From an uncultured bacterium (lineage in GTDB: Bacteria > Patescibacteriota > Gracilibacteria > UBA1369 > PNNO01), in contig OY969931.1 of NCBI GenBank assembly GCA_963704705.1, forward strand, positions 1,140,001-1,172,000: a stretch of DNA of 32,000 nt, written 5' to 3'. The translations under genes and the position numbers were made by a program. This document shows, piece after piece, positions 25,000 to 32,000 of the stretch. The stretch's first letter is position 1, and every line of letters starts with the position of its first letter. The notes under the pieces were generated by a model. That model had not been told where the DNA came from. It saw only the letters and a list, made by a program, of their open reading frames with translations, and made no database searches.

Positions 25000-26167
25000 A
25001 ACCGGCCAGCCTTACTTCATCCGGTTCATAAATATTTCGGCCATCAATCAATGTGTCGCCTTTCATTAATCTGCGCGCTTTTTTAAGGTCGAGCCCCTTA
25101 AATTCATCCCACTCGGTAAGGATAATCAGTGCGTCGGAATCATCACAAACTTCATATGGATTTTGGCATGTATTGTGTTTAGATTTTGCCTGAGGATCGT
25201 AGCAAGCCACATTTGCGCCTTCTTTGTGAAGTGCATTGATTATTTCAAGTGATGGAGCGTCGCGCATGTCATCGGTATTTGGCTTAAACGAAAGCCCTAA
25301 AATACCAATTCTTCTTCCGCGTAAATCCATTTGAGATTTTAATTTTTCAATGACTCTTTGTTTTTGGATTTTGTTTGCTTTGTCAGCGCCGCGCAGTACA
25401 AGAAAGTCGTTTTCTTCTGATTGATTTAAGATCGCCTGTAGATCTTTTGGAAGGCATGATCCTCCGAAACCAACTCCGGCTTCCAAAAATTCAGGGCCGA
25501 TTCGTGTGTCGTATTTAAGAGATTGCTGAAGTTTTTTAAAATCAGCTCCTGTTTTTTCGCAATAATTCGCGAATTCATTAATAAAAGAAATCTTTGTTGC
25601 AAGATAAGCGTTTGCAGCATATTTGCTAAGTTCTGCGGTTTTTAAATCAGTAAAAATAATCGGAGAATCAAATGGTTCATACAATTGCTGCATAATCGCT
25701 TTGCTTTCTTCATTTTCAGTTCCAACAACAATTCTGTCTGGTTCAAGCGTGTCTTTTATTGCGCTGCCCTGACGCAAAAACTCAGGATTCATTATTACAT
25801 TTTCATTGTTGATTTCACTGCAGGTACCAAGCGGAACAGTTGACTTCATAACAAAAAAATCACCCTTATTTGCATGCTTTTCAATTACCTCGTTAACTGC
25901 TGTTAAATCAACTTTGCCATCAGCATCGCTCGGAGTTCCAACACAGCACATTACAATATCAGCTTTATTAAAATCCAAATCAAAACTTAAATTTTGATTG
26001 GACAAAAGTTCCGAAAGCCCTGGTTCAAAAAACGGAGCCTCCCTTTTTTTTAGTTGCGTGATTTTTTCTGCATTCTTATCTATGCAAATAACTTCATGCC
26101 CCTGCCTGGCAAAACATGCTCCTGTAATTAAGCCAACATAACCAGTACCTATAATCGCAATTTTCAT
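24974..26167 (-). CDS. ugd: UDP-glucose 6-dehydrogenase family protein
   Basis: N-terminal Rossmann motif MKIAIIGTGYVGLITGACFA and catalytic-Cys motif GFGGSCLPKD. The family is clear; the exact sugar nucleotide is not determinable by eye. Confidence 0.88.
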   Translation of the reverse strand: MKIAIIGTGYVGLITGACFARQGHEVICIDKNAEKITQLKKREAPFFEPGLSELLSNQNLSFDLDFNKADIVMCCVGTPSDADGKVDLTAVNEVIEKHANKGDFFVMKSTVPLGTCSEINNENVIMNPEFLRQGSAIKDTLEPDRIVVGTENEESKAIMQQLYEPFDSPIIFTDLKTAELSKYAANAYLATKISFINEFANYCEKTGADFKKLQQSLKYDTRIGPEFLEAGVGFGGSCLPKDLQAILNQSEENDFLVLRGADKANKIQKQRVIEKLKSQMDLRGRRIGILGLSFKPNTDDMRDAPSLEIINALHKEGANVACYDPQAKSKHNTCQNPYEVCDDSDALIILTEWDEFKGLDLKKARRLMKGDTLIDGRNIYEPDEVRLAGFNYFGMGL

Positions 26168-26173
26168 GTTTGA

Positions 26174-26179
26174 ATTTTA
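26174..26179 (-). promoter_or_regulatory. -10-like TAAAAT, 6 nt before the ugd ATG
   Basis: Read directly. Confidence 0.4.
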
Positions 26180-26230
26180 CAACATTTTTTATACTTGCGT
26201 AAGTATATGTGTTTTATATAGAATCAATCA

Positions 26231-27304
26231 ATGATGAAGAAAGCATTTTTAGTCCTTGAGGACGGCACAAAATTAGAAGGAACTTCTTTTGGAGCAGATA
26301 CTGATTCTGCGGGAGAGGTAGTTTTTAATACAGGAATGACGGGGTATCCTGAGAGCTTAACTGATCCATCTTATAAGGGCCAGATACTTACTTTCACTTA
26401 TCCGCTTATTGGCAACTATGGCGTGCCCGGAGACGAGAAAGATGAATTTAAAATCCTTAAAAATTTCGAAAGCGGACAAATCCAGGTTAAAGGACTTGTA
26501 GTCAGCGAATACTGCGAAAAACCAAGCCACTGGAACAGCAAAAAAACACTCGGCCAATGGCTGAAAGAGCAAAAAATCCCTGCAATAAGCGGAATCGACA
26601 CAAGGGCTCTCACGCAAAAACTTCGCGAAAAAGGAACAATGCTTGGAAAAATAATGCGTGATCCATCAAAAGAACTCGCATTCTACAACCCTGACCTTGA
26701 AAATGTTGTTGCAGAAGTTAGCTGTAAAAAACCAATCGAATATAAGGCAGGCAGAAAAAAAGTCGTTTTAATTGATTGCGGTGCAAAAAACAATATTGTC
26801 CGAAGTTTGCTGGCCCGAAATTTAACAGTAATAAAAGTGCCATGGAACTATGATTTTATTGAAAAAGGATTGAAATTTGACGGGGTGTTTATTTCTAACG
26901 GTCCCGGAGACCCTGCGGTTGTAAAAGAGACTCACGAAATAATTAAAAAATGCTTAAAATCAGACAAACCCATAATGGGAATCTGCCTTGGAAATCAAAT
27001 AATGGCAATTGCTGCCGGTGGTCAGACTTATAAATTAAAATACGGACACAGAGCGCAAAATCAGCCTTGCATAGATGTTAATACCGGACGCTGTTACATT
27101 ACTTCGCAAAACCATGGGTTTGCTGTAAAAGCGAAAACACTTCCTAAAGGTTTTGAACCTTTATTTATTAATGCAAACGATAAAACAGTTGAAGGAATCA
27201 AACATACACGAAAACCTTTTATGGCAGTGCAATTCCACCCCGAAGCAACACCGGGACCAAACGACACAAATTACCTTTTTGATGAATTTGCTGGAAAACT
27301 TTAA
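26231..27304 (+). CDS. carA: Carbamoyl-phosphate synthase small (glutaminase) subunit
   Basis: Class I GATase triad context GICLGNQ, HGF and QFHPE. The CPSase small-chain N-domain has TGMTGYPESLTDPSYKGQILTFTYPLIGNYG. Confidence 0.95.
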   Translation: MMKKAFLVLEDGTKLEGTSFGADTDSAGEVVFNTGMTGYPESLTDPSYKGQILTFTYPLIGNYGVPGDEKDEFKILKNFESGQIQVKGLVVSEYCEKPSHWNSKKTLGQWLKEQKIPAISGIDTRALTQKLREKGTMLGKIMRDPSKELAFYNPDLENVVAEVSCKKPIEYKAGRKKVVLIDCGAKNNIVRSLLARNLTVIKVPWNYDFIEKGLKFDGVFISNGPGDPAVVKETHEIIKKCLKSDKPIMGICLGNQIMAIAAGGQTYKLKYGHRAQNQPCIDVNTGRCYITSQNHGFAVKAKTLPKGFEPLFINANDKTVEGIKHTRKPFMAVQFHPEATPGPNDTNYLFDEFAGKL

Positions 27305-27894
27305 AGCAGGGTTCGGGTTTTTTTGATATATTCTGGATATTGTTTTGGAAAAACTGCATTAAGAATTTCTTCTTCAACCTTCATTCGAAGGATTACCAAG
27401 GGAATTACAAGTATTAAAAACAGTAAAATACTGCCCTTTAAAAGCATTAAACCGGTAGCTAAAATAGCTAATATCAAAGCGCCATATTGGGGATATCTAA
27501 CTTTACCGTAAGGGCCTGATTTAATTAAAAGTTTTTTATCGTGACTATATGTTCTATCCCAACTGCAATTAGAACTTATCGCTATCCTCGCTCTTATATA
27601 AATAACCTGCGCAATTAAAAAAATTATAAACCCAAGTCTCACAAAATAAGGTTTTGTAATACTGGTAAGATCATCAAACCCGGGAATTATAAACTGGTAC
27701 GAAACAAAAAATGCAAGTAAGAGATACGCTAAAATCAAAAATCTAAGCACCCATTTTTCCTTATTTGTAAGAGGATAATTAGCCATATTATAAATACCTC
27801 CACCGCATCGATGCACCTTGATTTTTGTAATCGAATAAGTGGTTGCCATTACGGCCCATAAAATAACCACAGCTGTCCAGGCAATATCTATCAT
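27301..27894 (-). CDS. ICMT/PEMT-family membrane methyltransferase-like protein
   Basis: Multi-TM protein with LIKSGPYGKVRYPQYGALIL and a C-terminal EEEILNAVFPKQYPEYIKKT. These resemble the isoprenylcysteine carboxyl / phospholipid methyltransferase signature (..TxGPYxxVRHPxYxG..EExxL..FGxxYxxY). Confidence 0.78.
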   Translation of the reverse strand: MIDIAWTAVVILWAVMATTYSITKIKVHRCGGGIYNMANYPLTNKEKWVLRFLILAYLLLAFFVSYQFIIPGFDDLTSITKPYFVRLGFIIFLIAQVIYIRARIAISSNCSWDRTYSHDKKLLIKSGPYGKVRYPQYGALILAILATGLMLLKGSILLFLILVIPLVILRMKVEEEILNAVFPKQYPEYIKKTRTLL

Positions 27895-27900
27895 GACATG

Positions 27901-27909
27901 ATAATATCA
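27901..27909 (-). promoter_or_regulatory. Extended -10 TGaTATTAT, 6 nt before the ATG of the ICMT-like gene
   Basis: Read directly. It lies between the ncRNA terminator and the ORF. Confidence 0.45.
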
Positions 27910-27932
27910 CGAATAGTCTGGGGTAGCGAAAC

Positions 27933-27959
27933 AAAAAAACCCGCCACAAGTGACGGGTT
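27933..27959 (-). terminator. Rho-independent terminator (minus strand AACCCGTCAC-TT-GTGGCGGGTT + T7)
   Basis: The stem has about 9 bp including one G-U and is followed by seven U. It works only on the minus strand. It sits upstream of the next minus-strand gene, so it ends a separate transcript. Confidence 0.7.
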
Positions 27960-28380
27960 AAATCTTATCAACTGTCTAATTAAAGAAGTTCAAGATTTGT
28001 TTTTGTTTTAAACGTGACGAGCGCCATACTTTGCTTAAGCTTCGGAGTGAATTTAAAGTCTTTCCAGGGACTGTCCGTTTGATGCGGTTATCTACAGAGG
28101 CAATAAAGCGCTCTGGAAACCACCGGACTAAGGGGCCTTTCTAAGGCATGGGCCGATTAAGTTGTCGTCTTTTCGGCCATCGCTTCAGCAGAGAAGGAGA
28201 GAGGTTGAAACAATTTCGAGGCTTTTCTAGGGCGTGTACATTTTTTTGATGTAAGGGCTCGAGTGGTCATTAGTGACCGTACGTTTCAACACCTCATCTT
28301 TTTCTGCTTTTTATTTTTGATTTTTTAAGGGTCGATTTGATTTCTGTTTTTGTGTTTTTTTGTTTTTGATTTTTGAAATC
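27933..28380 (-). ncRNA. Candidate structured RNA of unknown family (~450 nt): A-tract-rich 5' part plus a GC-richer ~290-nt core
   Basis: It is bounded by a consensus promoter (28386-28414) and an intrinsic terminator (27933-27959), both on the minus strand. Stops occur in all six frames. The core (about 28015-28300) is visibly GC-richer than its surroundings. Long-range complementary pairs include GAGGTGTTGAAAC/GTTTCAACCTC and GAGCGC/GCGCTC, with several local hairpins. Confidence 0.5.
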
Positions 28381-28385
28381 ATGTC

Positions 28386-28414
28386 ATTGTATGAAATTGA
28401 ACGAGATTTGTCAA
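28386..28414 (-). promoter_or_regulatory. Near-perfect sigma70-type promoter TTGACA-N17-TACAAT
   Basis: The hexamers and the 17-nt spacer were counted base by base. It fires leftward into the non-coding region. Confidence 0.7.
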
Positions 28415-28671
28415 AAATATAGGTAGGACATGTGTGGGAAATATGTTTTAGTTTTTTGAGTACAAGCTGACTTAGATGGCTTGGAAAAGGATGTTGGCGC
28501 GATTGCAGGCCTCTATATTCAAGCTGTATTTTTATCTAATTTTAATTTTTGGATGGAGTGCTATTTAGGTGAGTATCCGTACACCATTTATCTCAAAAAG
28601 TCCAGTTAAAATGCTGGAAATTGCTTTGCAATTTTAGTATTATTTAAGTGCGAATATTAACAAATACAAAT

Positions 28672-29469
28672 ATGACTGATAAAGAGTTATTTAAATTATG
28701 TCAGGAGTATGGCGCAAAAGCACGCATGTGGAAGAACAAATTTATTGCCTTGCTTCCGGAGGTGTATAAAAGGCGATTGTATAAAAAGCGCGGTTATGGA
28801 TCGATTTTTGAGTTTGCTGCAAAGCTTGGAGGAGTTAGTAAAAATGTAGTTGAAGATGTTTTGCGATTGGATGTGCAATTTGAAGATAAACCAAAACTTA
28901 AAGCTTTAATTCCAGAAATTGGTGTGAGCAAGTTAAAAACTATTGCTTCTGTTGCAAGCATTGAAACAGAAAATCTTTGGGCTAAAAAAATCCAAACAAT
29001 GTCCAGGGCAGCAATAGAAACAGAAATTAGAGATCAAAAAAATAATGTAGAAAATAGTCAAATTTTCCCCGGGGAAAATTTTGAAACATTCACTGCGAAG
29101 CTTTCTCCAAGAACAATCCAAAGACTAAAAATCATTAAAGTTAAAATGGGGCAAGGCACAACATGGGAAGAAGTTTTTTGTAAGCTTGCGGGCCTTGCGA
29201 CCCCTGAGCCAAAACGCGAATACAAGCAGAGGCCAAGCAAATCGCGGGCCGTGCCTGCCAAACAAAAACGAGAACTTCCTGAAATTTGCGAAATTCCCGG
29301 CTGCAACAAGCCGGCCGAAGAAATCCATCATAAAAAACCATGGGCAATATTTAAAAAACACGACAAGCTTAAAGCTCTGTGCAAAGCCCATCATGAGCTT
29401 GAACATCAGGGCGACACAGTGATCGACAAAAAATATAGGGCCTATAAATGGCAGGCCGCATTATTATGA
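28672..29469 (+). CDS. HNH endonuclease with DUF222-like helical N-terminal domain
   Basis: C-terminal HNH/zinc motif CEIPGCNKPAEEIHHKKPW...LCKAHHELEH. The N-terminal pattern (YKRRLYKKRGYGSIFEFAAKLGGVSKNVVEDVLRL...LIPEIGVSKLKTI) resembles DUF222-HNH proteins. The track start at 28648 is GTG, so the ATG at 28672 is preferred. Confidence 0.85.
   Translation: MTDKELFKLCQEYGAKARMWKNKFIALLPEVYKRRLYKKRGYGSIFEFAAKLGGVSKNVVEDVLRLDVQFEDKPKLKALIPEIGVSKLKTIASVASIETENLWAKKIQTMSRAAIETEIRDQKNNVENSQIFPGENFETFTAKLSPRTIQRLKIIKVKMGQGTTWEEVFCKLAGLATPEPKREYKQRPSKSRAVPAKQKRELPEICEIPGCNKPAEEIHHKKPWAIFKKHDKLKALCKAHHELEHQGDTVIDKKYRAYKWQAALL
29052..29078. repeat. 27-nt exact repeat, copy 2, inside the HNH ORF (encodes NSQIFPGE)
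   Basis: Identical to 21783-21809. The palindrome is followed by TTTTG on the plus strand, giving an intragenic terminator-like hairpin. Confidence 0.9.
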
Positions 29470-29500
29470 CGTGGCACTTGCTACTGTAAGCCCGATCCCC

Positions 29501-29506
29501 TATTAT
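29501..29506 (+). promoter_or_regulatory. -10-like TATTAT, 6 nt before the dinG ATG
   Basis: Read directly as TATTAT-gacttc-ATG. Confidence 0.4.
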
Positions 29507-29512
29507 GACTTC

Positions 29513-32000
29513 ATGTACATCTCACTCGACATAGAAACAACCGGACTTTCACCTGAGCGCGACTCGATTATTGAGATCGGGGCCGTGAAGTTTGACGAGA
29601 AAGGTGTTCATGAAAAATATAAGACGTTCATTCATTATGATGAGCCAATTCCGGAGCTAGTTACTCATATTACGGGAATTACAAATGAGGATTTGGAAGG
29701 CGCGCCGTCACTTGAACAGATTGCTGATTCGCTTTATGAGTTCGTGGGTGATTTGCCGATTCTGGGGCACAATGTAAATTTTGATATGGATTTTTTGAAG
29801 TCAAAAGGTTTTAACTTTAGCAATAAGCTGTTTGACAGTTTGCCGCTTGCGCAGATTTTAAGGCCGGGGCTTCCAACATACAGCCTTGATATGCTTACCC
29901 AACATTTTAATATAAAGCATGAATCAAAACATAGGGCGCAGGATGACGCAGAAGCAACAGCCTTGCTTTTTAATATGATGGTTAAAGATATTAGTGATAT
30001 CGATGCACAAACTTTGGATAGAATCAAAGATATTTTAAACAGAAGCAATTGGGCTCTTAAAGAAATTTTTCTGGATGTGGAATCGGACAAAGATATGGAA
30101 GTGCCAAAAAAACCTGAGGCTGAAGAGGAATCTGACATGCTGGAATTTGATAAAGAAAAAATTCTGGATCAGTTTAAAGATAACGGGCTGGTTAAGGATT
30201 TTGAAGAGCGCGGTCCGCAAATTGAAATGGCTGAAAAAATTACAGATGCATTTAAAGATCATAAAAATTTAATAATTGAGGCGGGCACAGGCACAGGTAA
30301 GTCGTTGGCGTATTTAATTCCATCTATTTATAAAGCTCTGAGCGATCAGACAACGGTTGTAATCGCGACGCACACAAAAAATCTGCAGGATCAGTTGTAC
30401 AAAAAAGACCTGATTACAGCGCAAAAAGCAGTAGGTGCCAAATTTAAAACCGCAGTACTTAAAGGAAGGCAAAACTATTTGTCTGCCGAACGTTTGGCCC
30501 AGTTTATGAAAAAGTCGTTTTTTTACGACCACGAAGTTACCATGTTGATTAAAATTTTAACGTGGCTTCCGCACACTGAAAACGGTGAAGTGGACGAGCT
30601 GGCTTTGCAGGGGCGTGAACATTTTTCATGGCTTGATGTTTGTTGTGACGGGATTAAATGTCCGCATAATAAACCTGAATACGCAAACAAATGTTATCTT
30701 TATCGTGCAAGACAAAAGGCTGCGAAAGCTGACCTGATTATTACAAATCACTCACTTGTTTTAACAGATACTATAGGCCCTACACAAATTTTACCTGAGT
30801 ATAAATATCTGGTTGTGGATGAAGCACATCATCTTGAATCTGAGGCAACAAACGCATTAACAATCACTTTTACGCTCGATGGAATAAACAGGCCACTTGA
30901 TAATCTTAAAGATCTGCTAAAACGCGAACCTGAATTTGTTGAGAAAATTGATGAGCTGCAAAGCAAAGTTGAAATGTTTTTTGGATTTTTGGGAATCTGT
31001 TATGAAAAGTTCATTAAGTACATAAATAATATTCAAAATTTAACGGTTAGTGATTATATTCGCGAATCTATTGAATGGGAAAGGCTAAAAAGCTCAACGG
31101 AATCAGTGGTTGTTAAAGCTGAAAATTTATATAAGAGTTTGCATGAATTTGCCGAGAACCATGACAATGAAGAATTCGCGAACTATGTTCAGTTCGAAAT
31201 GGAATCGATTGCGGAAATTGCCCGAAAACTGGGATTTGTGATTTTGGAGGACGGGGTGAGTGATTTTGGCCAGAGTATTGTCTGGATATTTGCGAAATAT
31301 GATGGTTCTCTTGGTATTAATTGTGCGCCTTTGCAGGTGCGTGAACATTTAAAAGGCACTTTGCTGCACGATAAAGAAAGCATAATTTTAACTTCAGCCA
31401 CTTTAACAGTTGATCATAAATTCGACTATATAAAGTATCAGCTTGGGCTTGATGATACTTTTGAAGGTGTAATGCTGGCTTCGCCATTTAAATATGAAGA
31501 TCAGGTTGAGGTTATTTTCTATAAAAACATGAAAGCGCCTGCCACCCCTGGTTATTTTGATGAAACCTGCGAAATAATTAAACGCGAAGCAATTGAAAAT
31601 GGCGGTAAAATGCTGGTTTTGTTCACAAGTAAAAAAGCCATTGAAGCTACATATTTAAAACTTGCGCCTGAACTTAAACTAAAAAATATTACTATTCTTG
31701 CACAGAATATGAGCGGAGGCAGAAATAAAATAATTGAACTTTTTAAGCAGGATCCAGATAATTGCGTGATTTTTGGAACAAACAGTTTTTGGGAAGGAAT
31801 AGACATAAAAGGCGGTGCACTAAACACTGTTATTATTCAAAAACTGCCGTTTGACCCGCCGGACGACCCTGTTCATTCGGCGAGGGGCAACTTATTTGAT
31901 AATTCATTTTTCGATTATCAGGTGCCGCGCGCGATTTTAAGGTTTAAGCAGGGCTTTGGCAGACTTATTCGTTCAACAAAAGACAGCGGACGTGTGATTG
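29513..32000 (+). CDS. dinG: DinG-family ATP-dependent helicase with N-terminal DEDDh (DnaQ-like) 3'-5' exonuclease domain; 3' end off-window
   Basis: Hand-translated open frame not listed in the track because it has no stop in the window. The Exo I motif is MYISLDIETTGLSPERDSIIEIGAV, followed by HNVNFDMDFL and HRAQDDAEA. Helicase Walker A is IIEAGTGTGKSLAYL, and the DEAH box is VVDEAHHLE. A Cys cluster VCCDGIKCPHNKPEYANKC is also present. Confidence 0.9.
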   Translation, partial: MYISLDIETTGLSPERDSIIEIGAVKFDEKGVHEKYKTFIHYDEPIPELVTHITGITNEDLEGAPSLEQIADSLYEFVGDLPILGHNVNFDMDFLKSKGFNFSNKLFDSLPLAQILRPGLPTYSLDMLTQHFNIKHESKHRAQDDAEATALLFNMMVKDISDIDAQTLDRIKDILNRSNWALKEIFLDVESDKDMEVPKKPEAEEESDMLEFDKEKILDQFKDNGLVKDFEERGPQIEMAEKITDAFKDHKNLIIEAGTGTGKSLAYLIPSIYKALSDQTTVVIATHTKNLQDQLYKKDLITAQKAVGAKFKTAVLKGRQNYLSAERLAQFMKKSFFYDHEVTMLIKILTWLPHTENGEVDELALQGREHFSWLDVCCDGIKCPHNKPEYANKCYLYRARQKAAKADLIITNHSLVLTDTIGPTQILPEYKYLVVDEAHHLESEATNALTITFTLDGINRPLDNLKDLLKREPEFVEKIDELQSKVEMFFGFLGICYEKFIKYINNIQNLTVSDYIRESIEWERLKSSTESVVVKAENLYKSLHEFAENHDNEEFANYVQFEMESIAEIARKLGFVILEDGVSDFGQSIVWIFAKYDGSLGINCAPLQVREHLKGTLLHDKESIILTSATLTVDHKFDYIKYQLGLDDTFEGVMLASPFKYEDQVEVIFYKNMKAPATPGYFDETCEIIKREAIENGGKMLVLFTSKKAIEATYLKLAPELKLKNITILAQNMSGGRNKIIELFKQDPDNCVIFGTNSFWEGIDIKGGALNTVIIQKLPFDPPDDPVHSARGNLFDNSFFDYQVPRAILRFKQGFGRLIRSTKDSGRVI

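Noticed and set aside
27960-28300. Identity of the structured non-coding region as RNase P RNA, tmRNA, SRP RNA, 6S RNA, T-box or a common riboswitch
   Set aside because: I looked on both strands for each family's hallmarks. For RNase P, I looked for GAGGAAAGUCC and ACAGAA..GGCUUA. For tmRNA, I looked for a GGUUCGA T-arm, a CCA end and a tag ORF. For SRP, I looked for the GGAA/AGCAG helix-8 motif. For T-box, I looked for GGGUGGUACCGCG near the terminator. Only weak partial resemblances were seen (e.g. CCGGUGGUUUCC, ACAGAGGCAA), and these were in the wrong context. A covariance-model search is still needed.
28289-28375. T-rich repeated TTTTTG units as a CRISPR or tandem-repeat array, or as curved DNA
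   Set aside because: The units are 5-9 nt with no spacers of unique sequence. The spacing is irregular (6-9 nt), not helically phased.
28311-28382. 23-aa lysine-rich ORF (MISKIKNKKTQKQKSNRPLKNQK) at the start of the candidate RNA
   Set aside because: It is a by-product of the A-tract array. The ATG is only 3 nt after the -10 box, too close for the leaderless geometry seen elsewhere, and there is no SD.
28648-28671. GTG at 28648 as the HNH gene start
   Set aside because: The in-frame ATG at 28672 begins the recognisable domain (MTDKELFKLC...). The GTG extension adds 8 residues with no supporting signal. This remains uncertain.
27933-29469. HNH gene plus upstream RNA as an IscB/HEARO (OMEGA) or TIGR-Tas-like RNA-guided system
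   Set aside because: The protein is only ~265 aa with no RuvC or Nop-like segment, and its N-domain looks DUF222-like. The promoter and terminator evidence puts the RNA on the opposite strand. No tandem guide-like repeats are present.

Overview
AT-rich bacterial chromosome segment (roughly one-third G+C by hand counts on sub-samples) with very tight gene packing. Left third: the distal spc/alpha ribosomal-protein cluster, rplR-rpsE-rplO-secY-adk-map then infA-rpmJ-rpsM-rpsK-rpsD-rpoA-rplQ-rplM-rpsI-trmD. There is no rpmD (L30) between rpsE and rplO, and an antisense patatin-like lipase sits between map and infA. With several orphan proteins, this fits a reduced-genome lineage such as CPR/Patescibacteria (inference). 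Middle: two orphan genes, a SERCA-like P-type ATPase, DUF167, rsmA, and a minus-strand pyrimidine operon pyrB-pyrC-[insert]-pyrD-pyrK-pyrE-pyrF, plus ugd and carA. Right: an ICMT-like membrane methyltransferase, a ~0.75 kb non-coding gap, a DUF222-like/HNH nuclease gene, and an exonuclease-DinG helicase that runs off the window. Most notable observations: (1) a GC-richer 1.3 kb cassette of six Shine-Dalgarno-led micro membrane ORFs splits the pyr operon, in a genome whose own genes show no SD. (2) A candidate ~450 nt structured RNA is framed by a perfect TTGACA-17-TACAAT promoter and an intrinsic terminator, divergent from the HNH gene. (3) An exact 27-nt palindrome-containing repeat is shared by the cassette border and the interior of the HNH ORF. 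(4) -10-like boxes recur exactly 6 nt upstream of start codons, suggesting leaderless mRNAs. (5) An ACTAAT-type spacer is repeated inside the r-protein operon. No rRNA, tRNA, CRISPR array or recognisable transposase/integrase was seen. All family calls come from motifs read by eye; no database search was run.
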